DNA from: Planctomycetota bacterium
Lineage (GTDB): Bacteria; Planctomycetota; B15-G4; SIAN01
Assembly: GCA_031409275.1 (NCBI GenBank)
Contig: JANNXA010000014.1
Location: forward strand, 64,001 to 128,000
Reading direction: 5' to 3'
DNA length: 64,000 nt
Position numbers and translations under genes: made by a program. The notes beneath the pieces were generated by a model. It did no database searches. It saw only the letters and a program-made list of their open reading frames with translations, and was not told the origin of the DNA. Each line of letters begins with the position of its first letter. Within the stretch, counting starts at the first letter, position 1. Positions 12,069-21,787 of this stretch are shown in pieces.

Positions 12069-12611
12069 TCACGGCCACTGCAACCACTCGCGGACGATCC
12101 AGACCAGCGCAAACGCGTAGATCCCCGCGACGACGTCGTCGAGCATGATGCCCGCCCCTTTCGGCAGGAACTCGAGCTGACGAGCGGGCCACGGCTTCAC
12201 GACGTCGAACAAGCGGAACGCGAAGAAGGCGAGCGTCAGTTCGCGCCACTCCGGGACGCCTTCCTTCAGCCGCAAGACCGCGACGAGGTAGCCGAGCACC
12301 TCATCGAGCACGAACGGCTTGGGATCCTTGAAGCCGTAATAGCGCTCCGCCCAGCCCCCGAGTGCCATTCCGATCAGCAGCACGACGGCGCCGGCGATCG
12401 CCGCAGCCAGGCCGAAGTGCCAGCCCCACCGCGGGACTGCAACGTGACCGATCAGCAGCGCGAGCACGACGCCACCCAGCGTCCCGAAGGTCCCGGACGC
12501 AACCGGCGCATAACCCAGCCCGAGACTCGAGATGAGGGCGGCGCGAACGCGGTCGAGCGGACCGGGCGGCGGACGCGGTGATCCGCCACCGTGCACTTGG
12601 CGTTGCGTCAC
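12069..12611 (-). CDS. pgpA: Phosphatidylglycerophosphatase A
   Basis: GLGYAPVASGTFGT, DPKPFVLDEVLG, FRLFDVVKPWP, GIMLDDVVAG; GTGA overlap with pgsA. Confidence 0.92.
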   Translation of the reverse strand: MTQRQVHGGGSPRPPPGPLDRVRAALISSLGLGYAPVASGTFGTLGGVVLALLIGHVAVPRWGWHFGLAAAIAGAVVLLIGMALGGWAERYYGFKDPKPFVLDEVLGYLVAVLRLKEGVPEWRELTLAFFAFRLFDVVKPWPARQLEFLPKGAGIMLDDVVAGIYAFALVWIVREWLQWP

Positions 12612-13213
12612 AACCCCTCCCTCAAGTGGATCGCCGCTTTGCGGATGTAGCCGTAGCCACTCCAGACGGTGATCAACAGCGTCAACCAGATCAGCACGAC
12701 CGCCGACCACCACACCATCCGCGGCAGCGCGGGGTAGCGGTCAGCACAGCCGTCGTCGACGATGCGAAACAGCATCACCATCGGGATGGCGACGCACTGC
12801 ACGATCATCTTGACCTTGCCGGCGGGGTCGGCGCCGAAGTCGTGCCCCTTGCGTTCCATGTAGCCGCGCAGCGCGGTGACGATGAACTCGCGGCAGAGGA
12901 TCGCCACCACGATCCAGGGCGGCACGATCGAACGCCCCCAGCTGATCGCCGACAGGAAGACCAGCGACCCGCACACGATCACCTTGTCGGCCGCCGGATC
13001 GGCGATGCGGCCGAAGTCGCTCACCTGGCCCAGTTTGCGGGCGTAGTAGCCGTCGAGCGCGTCGGTCGCCGTGATCAGGATGAAGAGAGCGCAGCATGCG
13101 GAGGCAAGCACCCAGCCCGGCAGCGGGTCACCGCGGCCGAGCAGGTCGAGCAGAACGAACAGAACGACCGCGAGCGCCAGCCGTCCCGTCGTGATCTTGT
13201 TGGCGAGCGTCAC
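12608..13213 (-). CDS. pgsA: CDP-diacylglycerol--glycerol-3-phosphate 3-phosphatidyltransferase
   Basis: ANKITTGR, DALDGYYAR...FGRIADPAADK (CDP-alcohol phosphatidyltransferase motif), GKVK. Confidence 0.9.
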   Translation of the reverse strand: MTLANKITTGRLALAVVLFVLLDLLGRGDPLPGWVLASACCALFILITATDALDGYYARKLGQVSDFGRIADPAADKVIVCGSLVFLSAISWGRSIVPPWIVVAILCREFIVTALRGYMERKGHDFGADPAGKVKMIVQCVAIPMVMLFRIVDDGCADRYPALPRMVWWSAVVLIWLTLLITVWSGYGYIRKAAIHLREGL

Positions 13214-13238
13214 GGCTTGGCGGACGCGCCTCAGGGGA

Positions 13239-15218
13239 TCACCCCTGCAGGCGCTTCTCCCAATCGGAGCGGGTGACTTTCACGGCGCGTGCGAGCGAAC
13301 CCGAGTACGGCGCCACGTAGCCGTCCTTCTCGAGCCGCTCGAAGACGCGCGCCGCCGAGTAGTAGGTGATGCCAAGCTCGCGCTGCAGCTTCGAGAGCGA
13401 GACGCTTTCGAGCTCGAGCAGCATCGACACGGCGCGGTGCAGCAGTTCGCGCTCGTCGTCGGGCAGGTCGCGGAAGAGATGCGGCGGGAGCGCCGCGAGC
13501 GGGGCCGCGAGCGGAGCGACGGTCGGAGCGACCGGCGCCGACGGCAACGCGACGGACTCGACGTCAAGGTCGGGAAGAGCGGAGACGGTGGGCACGGCAG
13601 GAAGTGCGGGCGCGACGTCTTGCGTCGCGCCGGTCACGAACTCGACGGCGGCGGGAGTCGGATCGAGGAGCGCCGACGACTGCGGAGCCGGTTGCGTGGA
13701 CGAGCTCTCGTCGTCGTCCCACTTGCCGTCATCTTCGTCGTCATCATCGGCGACGTCTTCGTCGTCTTCGTCCTCGTCTTCTTCTTCGTCGTCCTCGTCG
13801 TCCTCATCCTCGGGATCGTCGTCGTCGTCCTCGTCGTCGTCCCACTCCTCTTCCTTTTCCTCTTCTTCCTTCTCTTCCTTGTCGCCTTCTTCCTCTTCCT
13901 CTTCCCACTCCTCTTCGTCTTCGCCCTCTTCGTCAGGCTCGGCGCCCGGCTCTTCCTCGCCCTCTTCGTCGGGTTCCTTGTCAGGATCCTCGGCGGGCTC
14001 TTCCGCGGGCTCGTCGTCCTCTTCCTTCTTTCGGCGCGGTGCGAGCGTCTCATCGGTCGGCGCCAAGGGAGCGTCGGGCGCCACCGCAGCCGAATCCTGC
14101 GTCACCGCAGTTGGACCATCGAGCAGCGCCGTGGCAGCGGACGGCGTTTCCGAAACGAGCGCCTCGAGGTCGCGATCTTGATCCAGCACTTGATCCAGCA
14201 CGGGAAGGTCCTTTTGTTCAGGTTCCGGCGAAGCCCCCGCTTCGAGCGACGGCTTCGGCTCTTCCAACGCAGCGTCCGGTCGCACGTCGGCAGGAGCCGC
14301 AGCAGGCGGCAGCGCTTCCGAGCGGCTTGCGCCCTCCGCGAGCGAGGTGTTATGCGTCGCCTCCGCCTCGTTGTCCACCGGCAAGACGCCGCCACTTTCC
14401 AACGTCGACTCCGGCACTTCCTCCTTCACGATCTCGACGTGGGCGCGAGGACGGAATCGATCCCACTGCGTCGACGGCGGCGCAAGGTCGCTGGCCGACG
14501 GCTCCGTGTCATCAACCTCGACTTCGATCGATGCCGGCGGCCCTTCGATCGCGGCGGGTGACGTTTCGATCGGGGCCTGCGCCACTTCCATCGCTGCGGC
14601 GACGATCGCGGCGCTTTCCTGCACTTGCACCGGCGGTGGCGCACTCGGCGCGACCTCCGTCGCCATGGCGCGCGGCGCCGGCGGCGCGAGCGTCGCACTT
14701 GCGGAGTGCATCAGGTTCGCGGCGGCGGCCTGCGCGCGCTGTCGCGCGGCGGCGGCCTGCGTTGCGCGCACCGCGGCCCGCTCCGAGGACGCCCTCGCGA
14801 GGCGTCCCTCGACCCCCGCCAGGAGGGGTGCGAACGGGAGCAGTGGAAGCCAGTCGATCGCCACCAGCAGTCCGAGCACCGAACAGGCGGCCAGGAGCGC
14901 GCCCACCAGATTGAGCAGCAGCGGCGATCCCGCCATCTGCTCCATCAGCGTCTGCTGCGCCGCGAATCCGAGGTAGCCCGCATCGAGTTCCCACGCGGCG
15001 GCGCGCGACGGATGGAGTCCGAGCCACAGCGCCGAGCCCGCGATGAAGGCGAGCCCGCCCAGGATTCGCCAGGGGAAGCGCGCGGTGCGGATGCCCAGCA
15101 GCGCCAGGAACAGCCAGATTCCGACCAGCAGCACCAGGCACCCCTGCGCCCAACCGCCCACGCGATCCGCGAGGCTCGTTTCGAGCCCGGCGGCCGCAAT
15201 CGCTGCAATGCACGTCAT
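13239..15218 (-). CDS. FtsK-like membrane protein: TM domain, long Pro/Ala/acidic linker and FtsK-gamma winged helix, no ATPase motor
   Basis: C-terminal LLHRAVSMLLELESVSLSKLQRELGITYYSAARVFERLEKDGYV parallels the FtsK gamma domain; no Walker A/B; ATGA overlap with ftsK. Confidence 0.75.
   Translation of the reverse strand: MTCIAAIAAAGLETSLADRVGGWAQGCLVLLVGIWLFLALLGIRTARFPWRILGGLAFIAGSALWLGLHPSRAAAWELDAGYLGFAAQQTLMEQMAGSPLLLNLVGALLAACSVLGLLVAIDWLPLLPFAPLLAGVEGRLARASSERAAVRATQAAAARQRAQAAAANLMHSASATLAPPAPRAMATEVAPSAPPPVQVQESAAIVAAAMEVAQAPIETSPAAIEGPPASIEVEVDDTEPSASDLAPPSTQWDRFRPRAHVEIVKEEVPESTLESGGVLPVDNEAEATHNTSLAEGASRSEALPPAAAPADVRPDAALEEPKPSLEAGASPEPEQKDLPVLDQVLDQDRDLEALVSETPSAATALLDGPTAVTQDSAAVAPDAPLAPTDETLAPRRKKEEDDEPAEEPAEDPDKEPDEEGEEEPGAEPDEEGEDEEEWEEEEEEGDKEEKEEEEKEEEWDDDEDDDDDPEDEDDEDDEEEDEDEDDEDVADDDDEDDGKWDDDESSSTQPAPQSSALLDPTPAAVEFVTGATQDVAPALPAVPTVSALPDLDVESVALPSAPVAPTVAPLAAPLAALPPHLFRDLPDDERELLHRAVSMLLELESVSLSKLQRELGITYYSAARVFERLEKDGYVAPYSGSLARAVKVTRSDWEKRLQG
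13705..14025 (-). repeat. Asp/Glu-rich low-complexity coding tract
   Basis: Encodes EEPAEEPAEDPDKEPDEEGEEEPGAEPDEEGEDEEEWEEEEEEG...DDDEDDDDDPEDEDDED. Confidence 0.9.
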
Positions 15219-18169
15219 GCCTTCGCCTCCTCGTCCACTTCATCATCGTCGAACGGATCCGGTCTCTCGTCGCCGGCCAACGCCAGATCGCTCCCGGCAG
15301 CCGCACCCTCGTCGTCACCCCGCAGTTCGGACGGTTTCACTCCGCGCGTGGCGCGCTGCTCGCCGCGCCGCGTCTCCAGTTCCTCGAGACTCGTGCAGAG
15401 TACTTCGCGCGCCTGACTGCCCTTGAAATCACCGAGCAGCCCGTCGTTCGCCATCAGGTCGATCAGCCGCGACGCTCGCGTGTATCCGATCGCGAAGCGT
15501 CGTTGCAGCAACGATGCCGAACCGCGCTGCGTCTCCACCACGAACTTTGCCGCGTCATCGAAGAGATCGTCGATCTCGGACGGATCCTTGTCCGAACTGC
15601 TGCGTTTCTGGACCAGTTCGCGCGAATACTGCGGCGGCCCCTGGTCCGCCAGGAAATCGACGACGCCGCGGATCTCCTGGTCGGTGACGAAACAGCCCTG
15701 GACGCGCGACAGGTCGGCGGTCCCGGGCGGCACGTAAAGCATGTCGCCCTGGCCGAGCAGCTTGTCGGCGCCGTTCTGGTCGAGGATGACGCGCGAGTCG
15801 ATCTTGCTGGTGACGCGGAACGCGATGCGCGTCGGCAGGTTGGCCTTGATGAGGCCGGTGATGACGTTGGTCGACGGCCGCTGCGTGGCGAGGATGACGT
15901 GGATCCCGACCGCACGCGACTTCTGCGCGAGTCGGGTGATCGACTGCTCGACGTCCTTGCCGTGGACCAGCATCAGGTCGGCGAGCTCGTCCATGACGAT
16001 GACGATGAACGGCAGCGTCGTCTCGAAGTCGGCGGAGAACTCGTCGCCGAGCCGACGCTTGACCTCGTCGTCGCCGAGCTTGTTGTACGCATAGATGTTG
16101 CGCACCTCGACCTTGTGGAGCAGCGCATAGCGCTCCTCCATCTTCTCGACGGCCCACTCGAGGATGCCGGCGGCGCGCTTCATGTCGGTGACGACCGGGC
16201 ACATGAGGTGCGGGACGTTCTGGAACGAGGAGAGCTCGACCATCTTCGGATCGATCAGGATCAGCTTCACCTGCTCGGGCGTGCGCGAGAAGAGGATCGA
16301 CATGATCAGCGTGTTGAGGCAGACCGACTTGCCCGAGCCGGTCGAGCCGGCGACGAGCAGGTGCGGCATCTTCGCGAGGTCCTCGATGCGCGGGGCGCCG
16401 CTCGAGTCCTTGCCGAGGCAGATCGGGATCGCGTACTTCGCCGGGTTGTAGCCCGGCCATTGCAGAAGCTCGGACATGCGCACCACGGCGCGCGCATCGT
16501 TCGGGATCTCGATGCCGGCCGTCGACTTGTTGGGGATCGGCGCCACGATGCGCACGCTCTGCGCCGCGAGCGCCATCGCGAGGTCATCTTCGAGGGCGCG
16601 CAGCCGGGTCAGCTTGGTGCCCGGAGCCAGTTCGACCTCGAGCATCGTGATGGCGGGGCCACGCTGCACGCCCACCACCTTGGCGTCGACCTTGAACGAC
16701 TTGAGCGCGGTGGTGAGCTTGCGCGCCGCCTCCTCGGTGAACTTGATGAAGTCGCCGCCGCTGTCGCGCTCTGGCGGATCGAGCAAGTCAAACGAGGGGA
16801 ATTGGTAGGGCACCCGGCTGCGCTCGGGGGGCGCGGACGGAAGCGGAACCACCGCCGGAAGCGACGCCGGTGCGAGCGGCTTCGCGGAGCGCCTCGACGC
16901 GGCCTCGGCGAGCGCCGCGATGTCGACTTCGGGCGCGGCCGGAGCGACGTCTGCCGCCGCGGCGACGGCTGCGTCCGCGTCCGCTTCGACCGCGTCGACG
17001 GCCCCATTCGCGGCCGCCGCTGGCAGCGCAGGCTTCTTGGCGGTGACGCTCTTCAGCTTCGCCGCGAGCTTGCTGCGCAGCGTCGGCTTCGGCTCGCGAG
17101 CGGGCTCAACGTCCACCGCCGGCGCCTCGAGCTTCTCGCCATCGAGATCGACTTCGTCGCGCTCGGCGATGGGCGAAGCGACGATCGCGCGCAGGGGATC
17201 GGCATCGGCTGCGTTGGCGGCGGACTCCTCGTCGCGCTCGGCGTCTTCTTCGTCTTGTGCCTCGTCTTCGCGACGGAAGATCGAGGACGCCGGCTTGACC
17301 GCAGCGGCGGGCTTGGCCACCGCCGGCGCGGTCCACTCATCGTCGAGCGGCTCGGCAATCTCCTCTTCGGGCGCGACGGTGTCACTCTCCATCGCGGCGT
17401 CGACCGCCGACGCGAGCCGCTTCGACCCCTTCTTCCCCTTCTTCGCGGGCGCGGCATCCGAAAGCGCGCGTTCGAGCTCCGCGTCGAGTTCCTCGTTCGA
17501 GACATCGGGCGCGACTCCGCGCCCACGCGCCACCGCCGGGTCCTCGAGGTCGATCGCCGGCGCAACACCGCTGCGGCTCAGCGAACGACGACGCTCGGCC
17601 AGTCCGCTTCCAACGACGACGGCCGGTTCACCGTTGCCGCGCCGCGCCTCGATCCACGCCACCAAACGAGAGAACGACCGCGAGTAGAGCAGGTCGGCAT
17701 AGAGCACGAACGTGATCAGCAGCAGCAGCACCAGCACGATGCGACCGCCGAGAACGCCAAGCCCGCTGTCCATCTTGAGCAGCGCGGCGAGCCAGATGCC
17801 GAACTCGCCACCGGCATCGGGGATGCGCGGACTGAAGGCGCCGAGCAGTTCATGCAGGACCGCAGCGAGCACCGGCATGAAGAGGACGATGCCGAGCGCG
17901 CGCAGCGCGATGGGGCGCGTCGGCAATCGGCCGAACAGGCGCGCGCCTTCGCCGATCAGCGCGATCGGGATGAGGTAGGCGGCGTACCCCAGATGGCCGA
18001 GCAGCCCGCGCGCGACCCACTGGCCGAAGTCGCCGCAGACGTTGTGCCACTGGACCGCTCCGGTGGCAGGGCCGACGTCCTCGACGTAGGACGACATCGC
18101 GGCCAGCAGGAACGTCCCTGCGCCGAACCAGATCAGACTCGACAGCTCTTTCGTCCGCTCGCTCGCCAC
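15215..18169 (-). CDS. ftsK: DNA translocase FtsK
   Basis: N-terminal 4TM, MPHLLVAGSTGSGKS, LIDPKMVEL, DELADLM, LATQRPS, gamma SASLLQRRFAIGYTRASRLID; GTG start inferred. Confidence 0.96.
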   Translation of the reverse strand: MASERTKELSSLIWFGAGTFLLAAMSSYVEDVGPATGAVQWHNVCGDFGQWVARGLLGHLGYAAYLIPIALIGEGARLFGRLPTRPIALRALGIVLFMPVLAAVLHELLGAFSPRIPDAGGEFGIWLAALLKMDSGLGVLGGRIVLVLLLLITFVLYADLLYSRSFSRLVAWIEARRGNGEPAVVVGSGLAERRRSLSRSGVAPAIDLEDPAVARGRGVAPDVSNEELDAELERALSDAAPAKKGKKGSKRLASAVDAAMESDTVAPEEEIAEPLDDEWTAPAVAKPAAAVKPASSIFRREDEAQDEEDAERDEESAANAADADPLRAIVASPIAERDEVDLDGEKLEAPAVDVEPAREPKPTLRSKLAAKLKSVTAKKPALPAAAANGAVDAVEADADAAVAAAADVAPAAPEVDIAALAEAASRRSAKPLAPASLPAVVPLPSAPPERSRVPYQFPSFDLLDPPERDSGGDFIKFTEEAARKLTTALKSFKVDAKVVGVQRGPAITMLEVELAPGTKLTRLRALEDDLAMALAAQSVRIVAPIPNKSTAGIEIPNDARAVVRMSELLQWPGYNPAKYAIPICLGKDSSGAPRIEDLAKMPHLLVAGSTGSGKSVCLNTLIMSILFSRTPEQVKLILIDPKMVELSSFQNVPHLMCPVVTDMKRAAGILEWAVEKMEERYALLHKVEVRNIYAYNKLGDDEVKRRLGDEFSADFETTLPFIVIVMDELADLMLVHGKDVEQSITRLAQKSRAVGIHVILATQRPSTNVITGLIKANLPTRIAFRVTSKIDSRVILDQNGADKLLGQGDMLYVPPGTADLSRVQGCFVTDQEIRGVVDFLADQGPPQYSRELVQKRSSSDKDPSEIDDLFDDAAKFVVETQRGSASLLQRRFAIGYTRASRLIDLMANDGLLGDFKGSQAREVLCTSLEELETRRGEQRATRGVKPSELRGDDEGAAAGSDLALAGDERPDPFDDDEVDEEAKA

Positions 18170-18296
18170 GGATGGACTCGCAGCGAACGGCCTCCTGAAG
18201 CGGGGACACACTGCCCCCCTCCCCGGGCCGCCCAACCGCGCGGGAGTCTACGCACGCCCCGGCGCAAGTGAAGCGGTCGATCGAGAGGTGGCTGAC

Positions 18297-18911
18297 TCAA
18301 GTCGCCGGCGGCGGATCGAGACCGAGCAGCGCCTGGACGGCGAGGATCGTCGCCGCAAGGTCGGAGTTGACGACGACGTGGTCGTAGCGCTCGCGCTGCG
18401 CCATCTCCTGCTCGGCCCAAAGCAGGCGCTGCGCGACGACCTCCGGCGCGTCGGTCCGACGCAACGCGAGTCGCCGACTCAGCTCTTCGATCGACGGCGG
18501 CGCGATGAAGATCGACAGCGCCACGATCTTCTGCGCCCGCATCTGTGCGGCGCCTTGGACGTCGATGTCGAGCAGCATCAGGCGATCGCGGCGACCGCTG
18601 GCGGCAGCGAGCGGCGCGCGCGGCGTCCCGTAGCAGTTGCCGTAGACGCGCGCCCACTCGATGAACTCGCCGGCCGCGACCATCTCCTCGAACCGGGCCA
18701 GCGAATAGAACCAGTAGTCGACGCCGTCCACCTCGCCGACGCGGGGCTGGCGCGTGGTGGCGCTGATCGAGAGTTCGACGCGCGGATCGCGCAGCAGCGC
18801 CTTGCAGATCGAAGTCTTGCCCGATCCCGACGGTCCAGAGAGCACGGCGAGGCCGCCGCGGAACGGCTGCCGCGGAAAGGTCGCCCCCTTCACTGCGCGG
18901 AACTCGCTCAC
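18297..18911 (-). CDS. gmk: Guanylate kinase
   Basis: SGPSGSGKTS, ISATTRQPRVGEVDGVDYWF, YGTP, LDIDVQGA. Confidence 0.95.
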   Translation of the reverse strand: MSEFRAVKGATFPRQPFRGGLAVLSGPSGSGKTSICKALLRDPRVELSISATTRQPRVGEVDGVDYWFYSLARFEEMVAAGEFIEWARVYGNCYGTPRAPLAAASGRRDRLMLLDIDVQGAAQMRAQKIVALSIFIAPPSIEELSRRLALRRTDAPEVVAQRLLWAEQEMAQRERYDHVVVNSDLAATILAVQALLGLDPPPAT

Positions 18912-19789
18912 TCGAAGTTCGCCACCTGCTCTCGCAACTTCTCGAGGCTCGACTTGGCTTCGCGCACCTTGACCAGCAACGCCGCGTCCTGGACCTTGCT
19001 GCCAACCGTCTGCACCTCGCGCCCCATCTCCTGGACCAGGAACTCGAGTTCGCGACCGATCGGCCCTTCGCGCACCAGCAGCTTCTCGAACTCCGCCTCG
19101 TGCGACTTCAGTCGATCGAGTTCCTCGGTCACGTCCGAGCGATCGGCAAAGAGCGCAACCTCGCGCGCGAGCATCGCCGGATCGGGCGCGACGCCCTGCC
19201 CTTGGAGCAGCGCGGTGATCCGCTCGCCGAGCCGCTGCTGGTAGTGGCGGACGGTCTCCGGCACGTGCGTCTGGATCGCGGCGGCGCATTCGGCCACCTT
19301 CTGCACTTCGCGGCGCAACGCCGCGGCGAGCCGCTCCCCTTCGCGCGCCCGCATCTCGAACAGCGAGCCGAGCGCGGCGTCGACCACCTTCTGCAGTTCC
19401 GGCTTGAAATCGGCGGCGAGCTCGTCGGGATCGACCGGAGCCAGCACTCCTGGCAGCCCCAACAAGAGCGAGGCGTCGATCTCCTTGACGAGTTTTCGCT
19501 TCTTCAGGTAGGCGCGCAGTTGCTCGACGTAGTGGTCGGCAACCTTGGTGTCGAGGCGCGCCGCGAGCCGTTCGCCGGCATCGCGCCAGAAGACGGCTAC
19601 CTCGATCGAGCCGCGAGCGAAGCGCTCCTTGACGCGCTGCTCGACCCAGCCTTCGAGCTGCTGCAACGCGCTCGGCAGGCGGGTCTTCGTGGAGAGGAAG
19701 CGGTGGTTGACGGAGCGCGCTTCGCAGAGCAGGCGTGCCCCGCGACCTTTGCCGGCGGCGCGACCGAAGCCGGTCATGCTGGCCGGCAT
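18908..19789 (-). CDS. yicC: YicC/YloC family endoribonuclease
   Basis: SMTGFG, RSVNHRFL, DVTEELDRL, GRELEFLVQEMGRE, LREQVANFE; classic yicC-gmk linkage. Confidence 0.93.
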   Translation of the reverse strand: MPASMTGFGRAAGKGRGARLLCEARSVNHRFLSTKTRLPSALQQLEGWVEQRVKERFARGSIEVAVFWRDAGERLAARLDTKVADHYVEQLRAYLKKRKLVKEIDASLLLGLPGVLAPVDPDELAADFKPELQKVVDAALGSLFEMRAREGERLAAALRREVQKVAECAAAIQTHVPETVRHYQQRLGERITALLQGQGVAPDPAMLAREVALFADRSDVTEELDRLKSHEAEFEKLLVREGPIGRELEFLVQEMGREVQTVGSKVQDAALLVKVREAKSSLEKLREQVANFE

Positions 19790-19793
19790 CGCG

Positions 19794-20408
19794 TCACTTC
19801 CCCGCTTCGGCGGATGCGCCAGCCGCCGGCGCGCGGCTGCCCGGCTTGTAGAACGGCTTGCCCTGCTTGCATTGCGGGCAATCGGCCACGTCCCACGCAT
19901 CGGTCGGCAGCGTCATCAGCGGCCGGAAGGGCAGGTCGCCGAACGGCGAAGGCGCATGTGGATCGGGCGAACGCCAGACGATCGAGCTGACGCCGATCAC
20001 CTCGACGCCCTGCGACTTCAGCAGATCGACGACTTCCTGCGCCGAACCACCGGTGGTGACCACATCCTCCACCACCACGACCTTGCTGGCGGCTTCGAGC
20101 GTGAAGCCGCGGCGAAGCGCCATCTTTCCGGCCTCGCGCTCGGTGAAGTAGCTCGGTGTGCCGAGGTAGCGGGCGACTTCGTGGGCAATGATGATGCCGC
20201 CGATGGCCGGCCCCACCACCGCGTCGACGAGCGCGTCGCTCCAGCGGCTGCCGATGCCGGCGCCGAGCAGCGAGGCGCGAGCCGGCGACGCGAGCACCCG
20301 TGCGCACTGGAAGTACTTGTCGCTGTGCTTGCCGGAGCTGAGCACGAAATGGCCGTTCAGCAGCGCCTGCGTCTCTTCGAGCAGGCGGCGGACTTCAGCA
20401 GCTTCCAC
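19794..20408 (-). CDS. pyrE: Orotate phosphoribosyltransferase
   Basis: GHFVLSSGKHSDKYFQC, VVVEDVVTTGGS (PRPP-binding). Confidence 0.93.
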   Translation of the reverse strand: MEAAEVRRLLEETQALLNGHFVLSSGKHSDKYFQCARVLASPARASLLGAGIGSRWSDALVDAVVGPAIGGIIIAHEVARYLGTPSYFTEREAGKMALRRGFTLEAASKVVVVEDVVTTGGSAQEVVDLLKSQGVEVIGVSSIVWRSPDPHAPSPFGDLPFRPLMTLPTDAWDVADCPQCKQGKPFYKPGSRAPAAGASAEAGK

Positions 20409-20456
20409 GGATCGGCGCTCCGACGGGGGAGTTCGAGAGGCAGTGGCGAGGTGCGT

Positions 20457-20861
20457 CTACTTGCCGTCGCCGGGATTCTGGGGTGGCGTCGCGCCTCCGT
20501 TCGCGCCGAGGTTCTGCGTCGCCTTGTCGATCGCATCCTGGAGGGCCTGCTGATTCGGGTCGAGACGTTCGGGCGAAGGCTTGAAGTTCGGGTCGAGCGG
20601 CGTGGTGTCGGCCTCGAAGTGGAAGCGGTTCAGCACGACGCACAGCGTGAGGAAGACGCCACCGAGGATGGCGGTGAACTTGTTGATGCCGTGCGCCTTG
20701 ACGCCGAACGTCTCGGCGCCAGCGCCACCAAAGGCCTCGGCGAGACCGCCGCCCTTCCCTTCCTGCAGCAGGATCACGCCGATCAGCACGAGCATCGTGA
20801 CGATCAGCAGGAACCAGAGGAAACCGTGCAGGAGCGAGGCGAACGAGAAGAGCAGCATCAT
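20457..20861 (-). CDS. secG: Preprotein translocase subunit SecG
   Basis: ILLQEGKGGGLAEAFGG, two TM helices, follows tpiA. Confidence 0.9.
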   Translation of the reverse strand: MMLLFSFASLLHGFLWFLLIVTMLVLIGVILLQEGKGGGLAEAFGGAGAETFGVKAHGINKFTAILGGVFLTLCVVLNRFHFEADTTPLDPNFKPSPERLDPNQQALQDAIDKATQNLGANGGATPPQNPGDGK

Positions 20862-20875
20862 GGAGTCAAACCTCT

Positions 20876-21640
20876 TCAGCGCGCCCGGTTCGGGCACGCG
20901 GCAATGATCTTCAGCAACGACGCGGCGGTGAGCGACGCGCCCCCCACCAGGGCGCCATCGACGCCCTCGACCGCGAGCAGTTCGGCGGCGTTCTCCGCCT
21001 TCACCGAACCGCCGTAGAGAATGCGAGTCGAATCGGCGAACGCCTTGGAGAAGCGGCGCGCGAGCCAACCGCGGATCAGATGATGCACTTCACATGCTTG
21101 CCCCGGAGTCGCGTTCACTCCGGTGCCGATGGCCCAGACCGGCTCGTAGGCGATCAATAGCGACGCGACGGCCGCCGCCTCGACTCCGCGCAGCCCGCTT
21201 TCGAGCTGCTCGAAGACGACCGCCATCGTCTTGTCGGCCTGCCGCTGCGCGAGCGTCTCGCCCACGCAGAGGATCGGCACGAGGTGCTCCGCGAGCGCAG
21301 CGCTGAGCTTGCGGCCCACGAGATCGGAACTCTCGCCATAGAGGTGACGGCGTTCGGAGTGGCCGACCAGGACGTGGCTGCATCCGACGTCGGCGAGCAT
21401 CGACGCCGAGACTTCCCCGGTGAACGCCCCGAGCGTCTCATGCGAGACGTTCTGTCCGGCCGTCCAGATCGAGCCGCCGCTCAGCACTCCGGTCACGGCT
21501 TCGAGGTAGGGAAACGCCGGCGCCACTCCGACTTCGACCCCAGTCGCCGGCGCCTTCTCCCTCAGTTCACGTGCCAACGCCACGGCCGCGGAGCGGTCGA
21601 GGTTCATCTTCCAGTTGCCGGCAATGACAGGGATGCGCAT
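20876..21640 (-). CDS. tpiA: Triosephosphate isomerase
   Basis: IAGNWKMN, VGHSERR, AYEPVWAIGTG, LYGGSV, LVGGASL. Confidence 0.98.
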   Translation of the reverse strand: MRIPVIAGNWKMNLDRSAAVALARELREKAPATGVEVGVAPAFPYLEAVTGVLSGGSIWTAGQNVSHETLGAFTGEVSASMLADVGCSHVLVGHSERRHLYGESSDLVGRKLSAALAEHLVPILCVGETLAQRQADKTMAVVFEQLESGLRGVEAAAVASLLIAYEPVWAIGTGVNATPGQACEVHHLIRGWLARRFSKAFADSTRILYGGSVKAENAAELLAVEGVDGALVGGASLTAASLLKIIAACPNRAR

Positions 21641-21664
21641 GGGCGGGCCTAGGGAAACCGGGGG

Positions 21665-21692
21665 ACGTTAACGGCGGGGCAGGGGCTGTCAA
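21665..21692 (-). promoter_or_regulatory. Sigma70-type promoter upstream of tpiA-secG-pyrE-yicC-gmk
   Basis: Minus strand TTGACA-16 nt-TAACGT, ending 24 nt before the tpiA ATG. Confidence 0.7.
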
Positions 21693-21787
21693 TTCGCCCT
21701 TGCTCCCACGGAGCGCCCGCCCGCGTGGACCGCCCGACGCGGGCGCCCGCTCGAATCGACCCGAAGGTCGCGTCCGCCGCCCGGTCC

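Noticed and set aside
13366..14181. Poly-Ser ORF and Lys/Arg/Thr-rich ORF (13634-14053)
   Set aside because: Alternative-frame readings of the Asp/Glu tract of the FtsK-like gene
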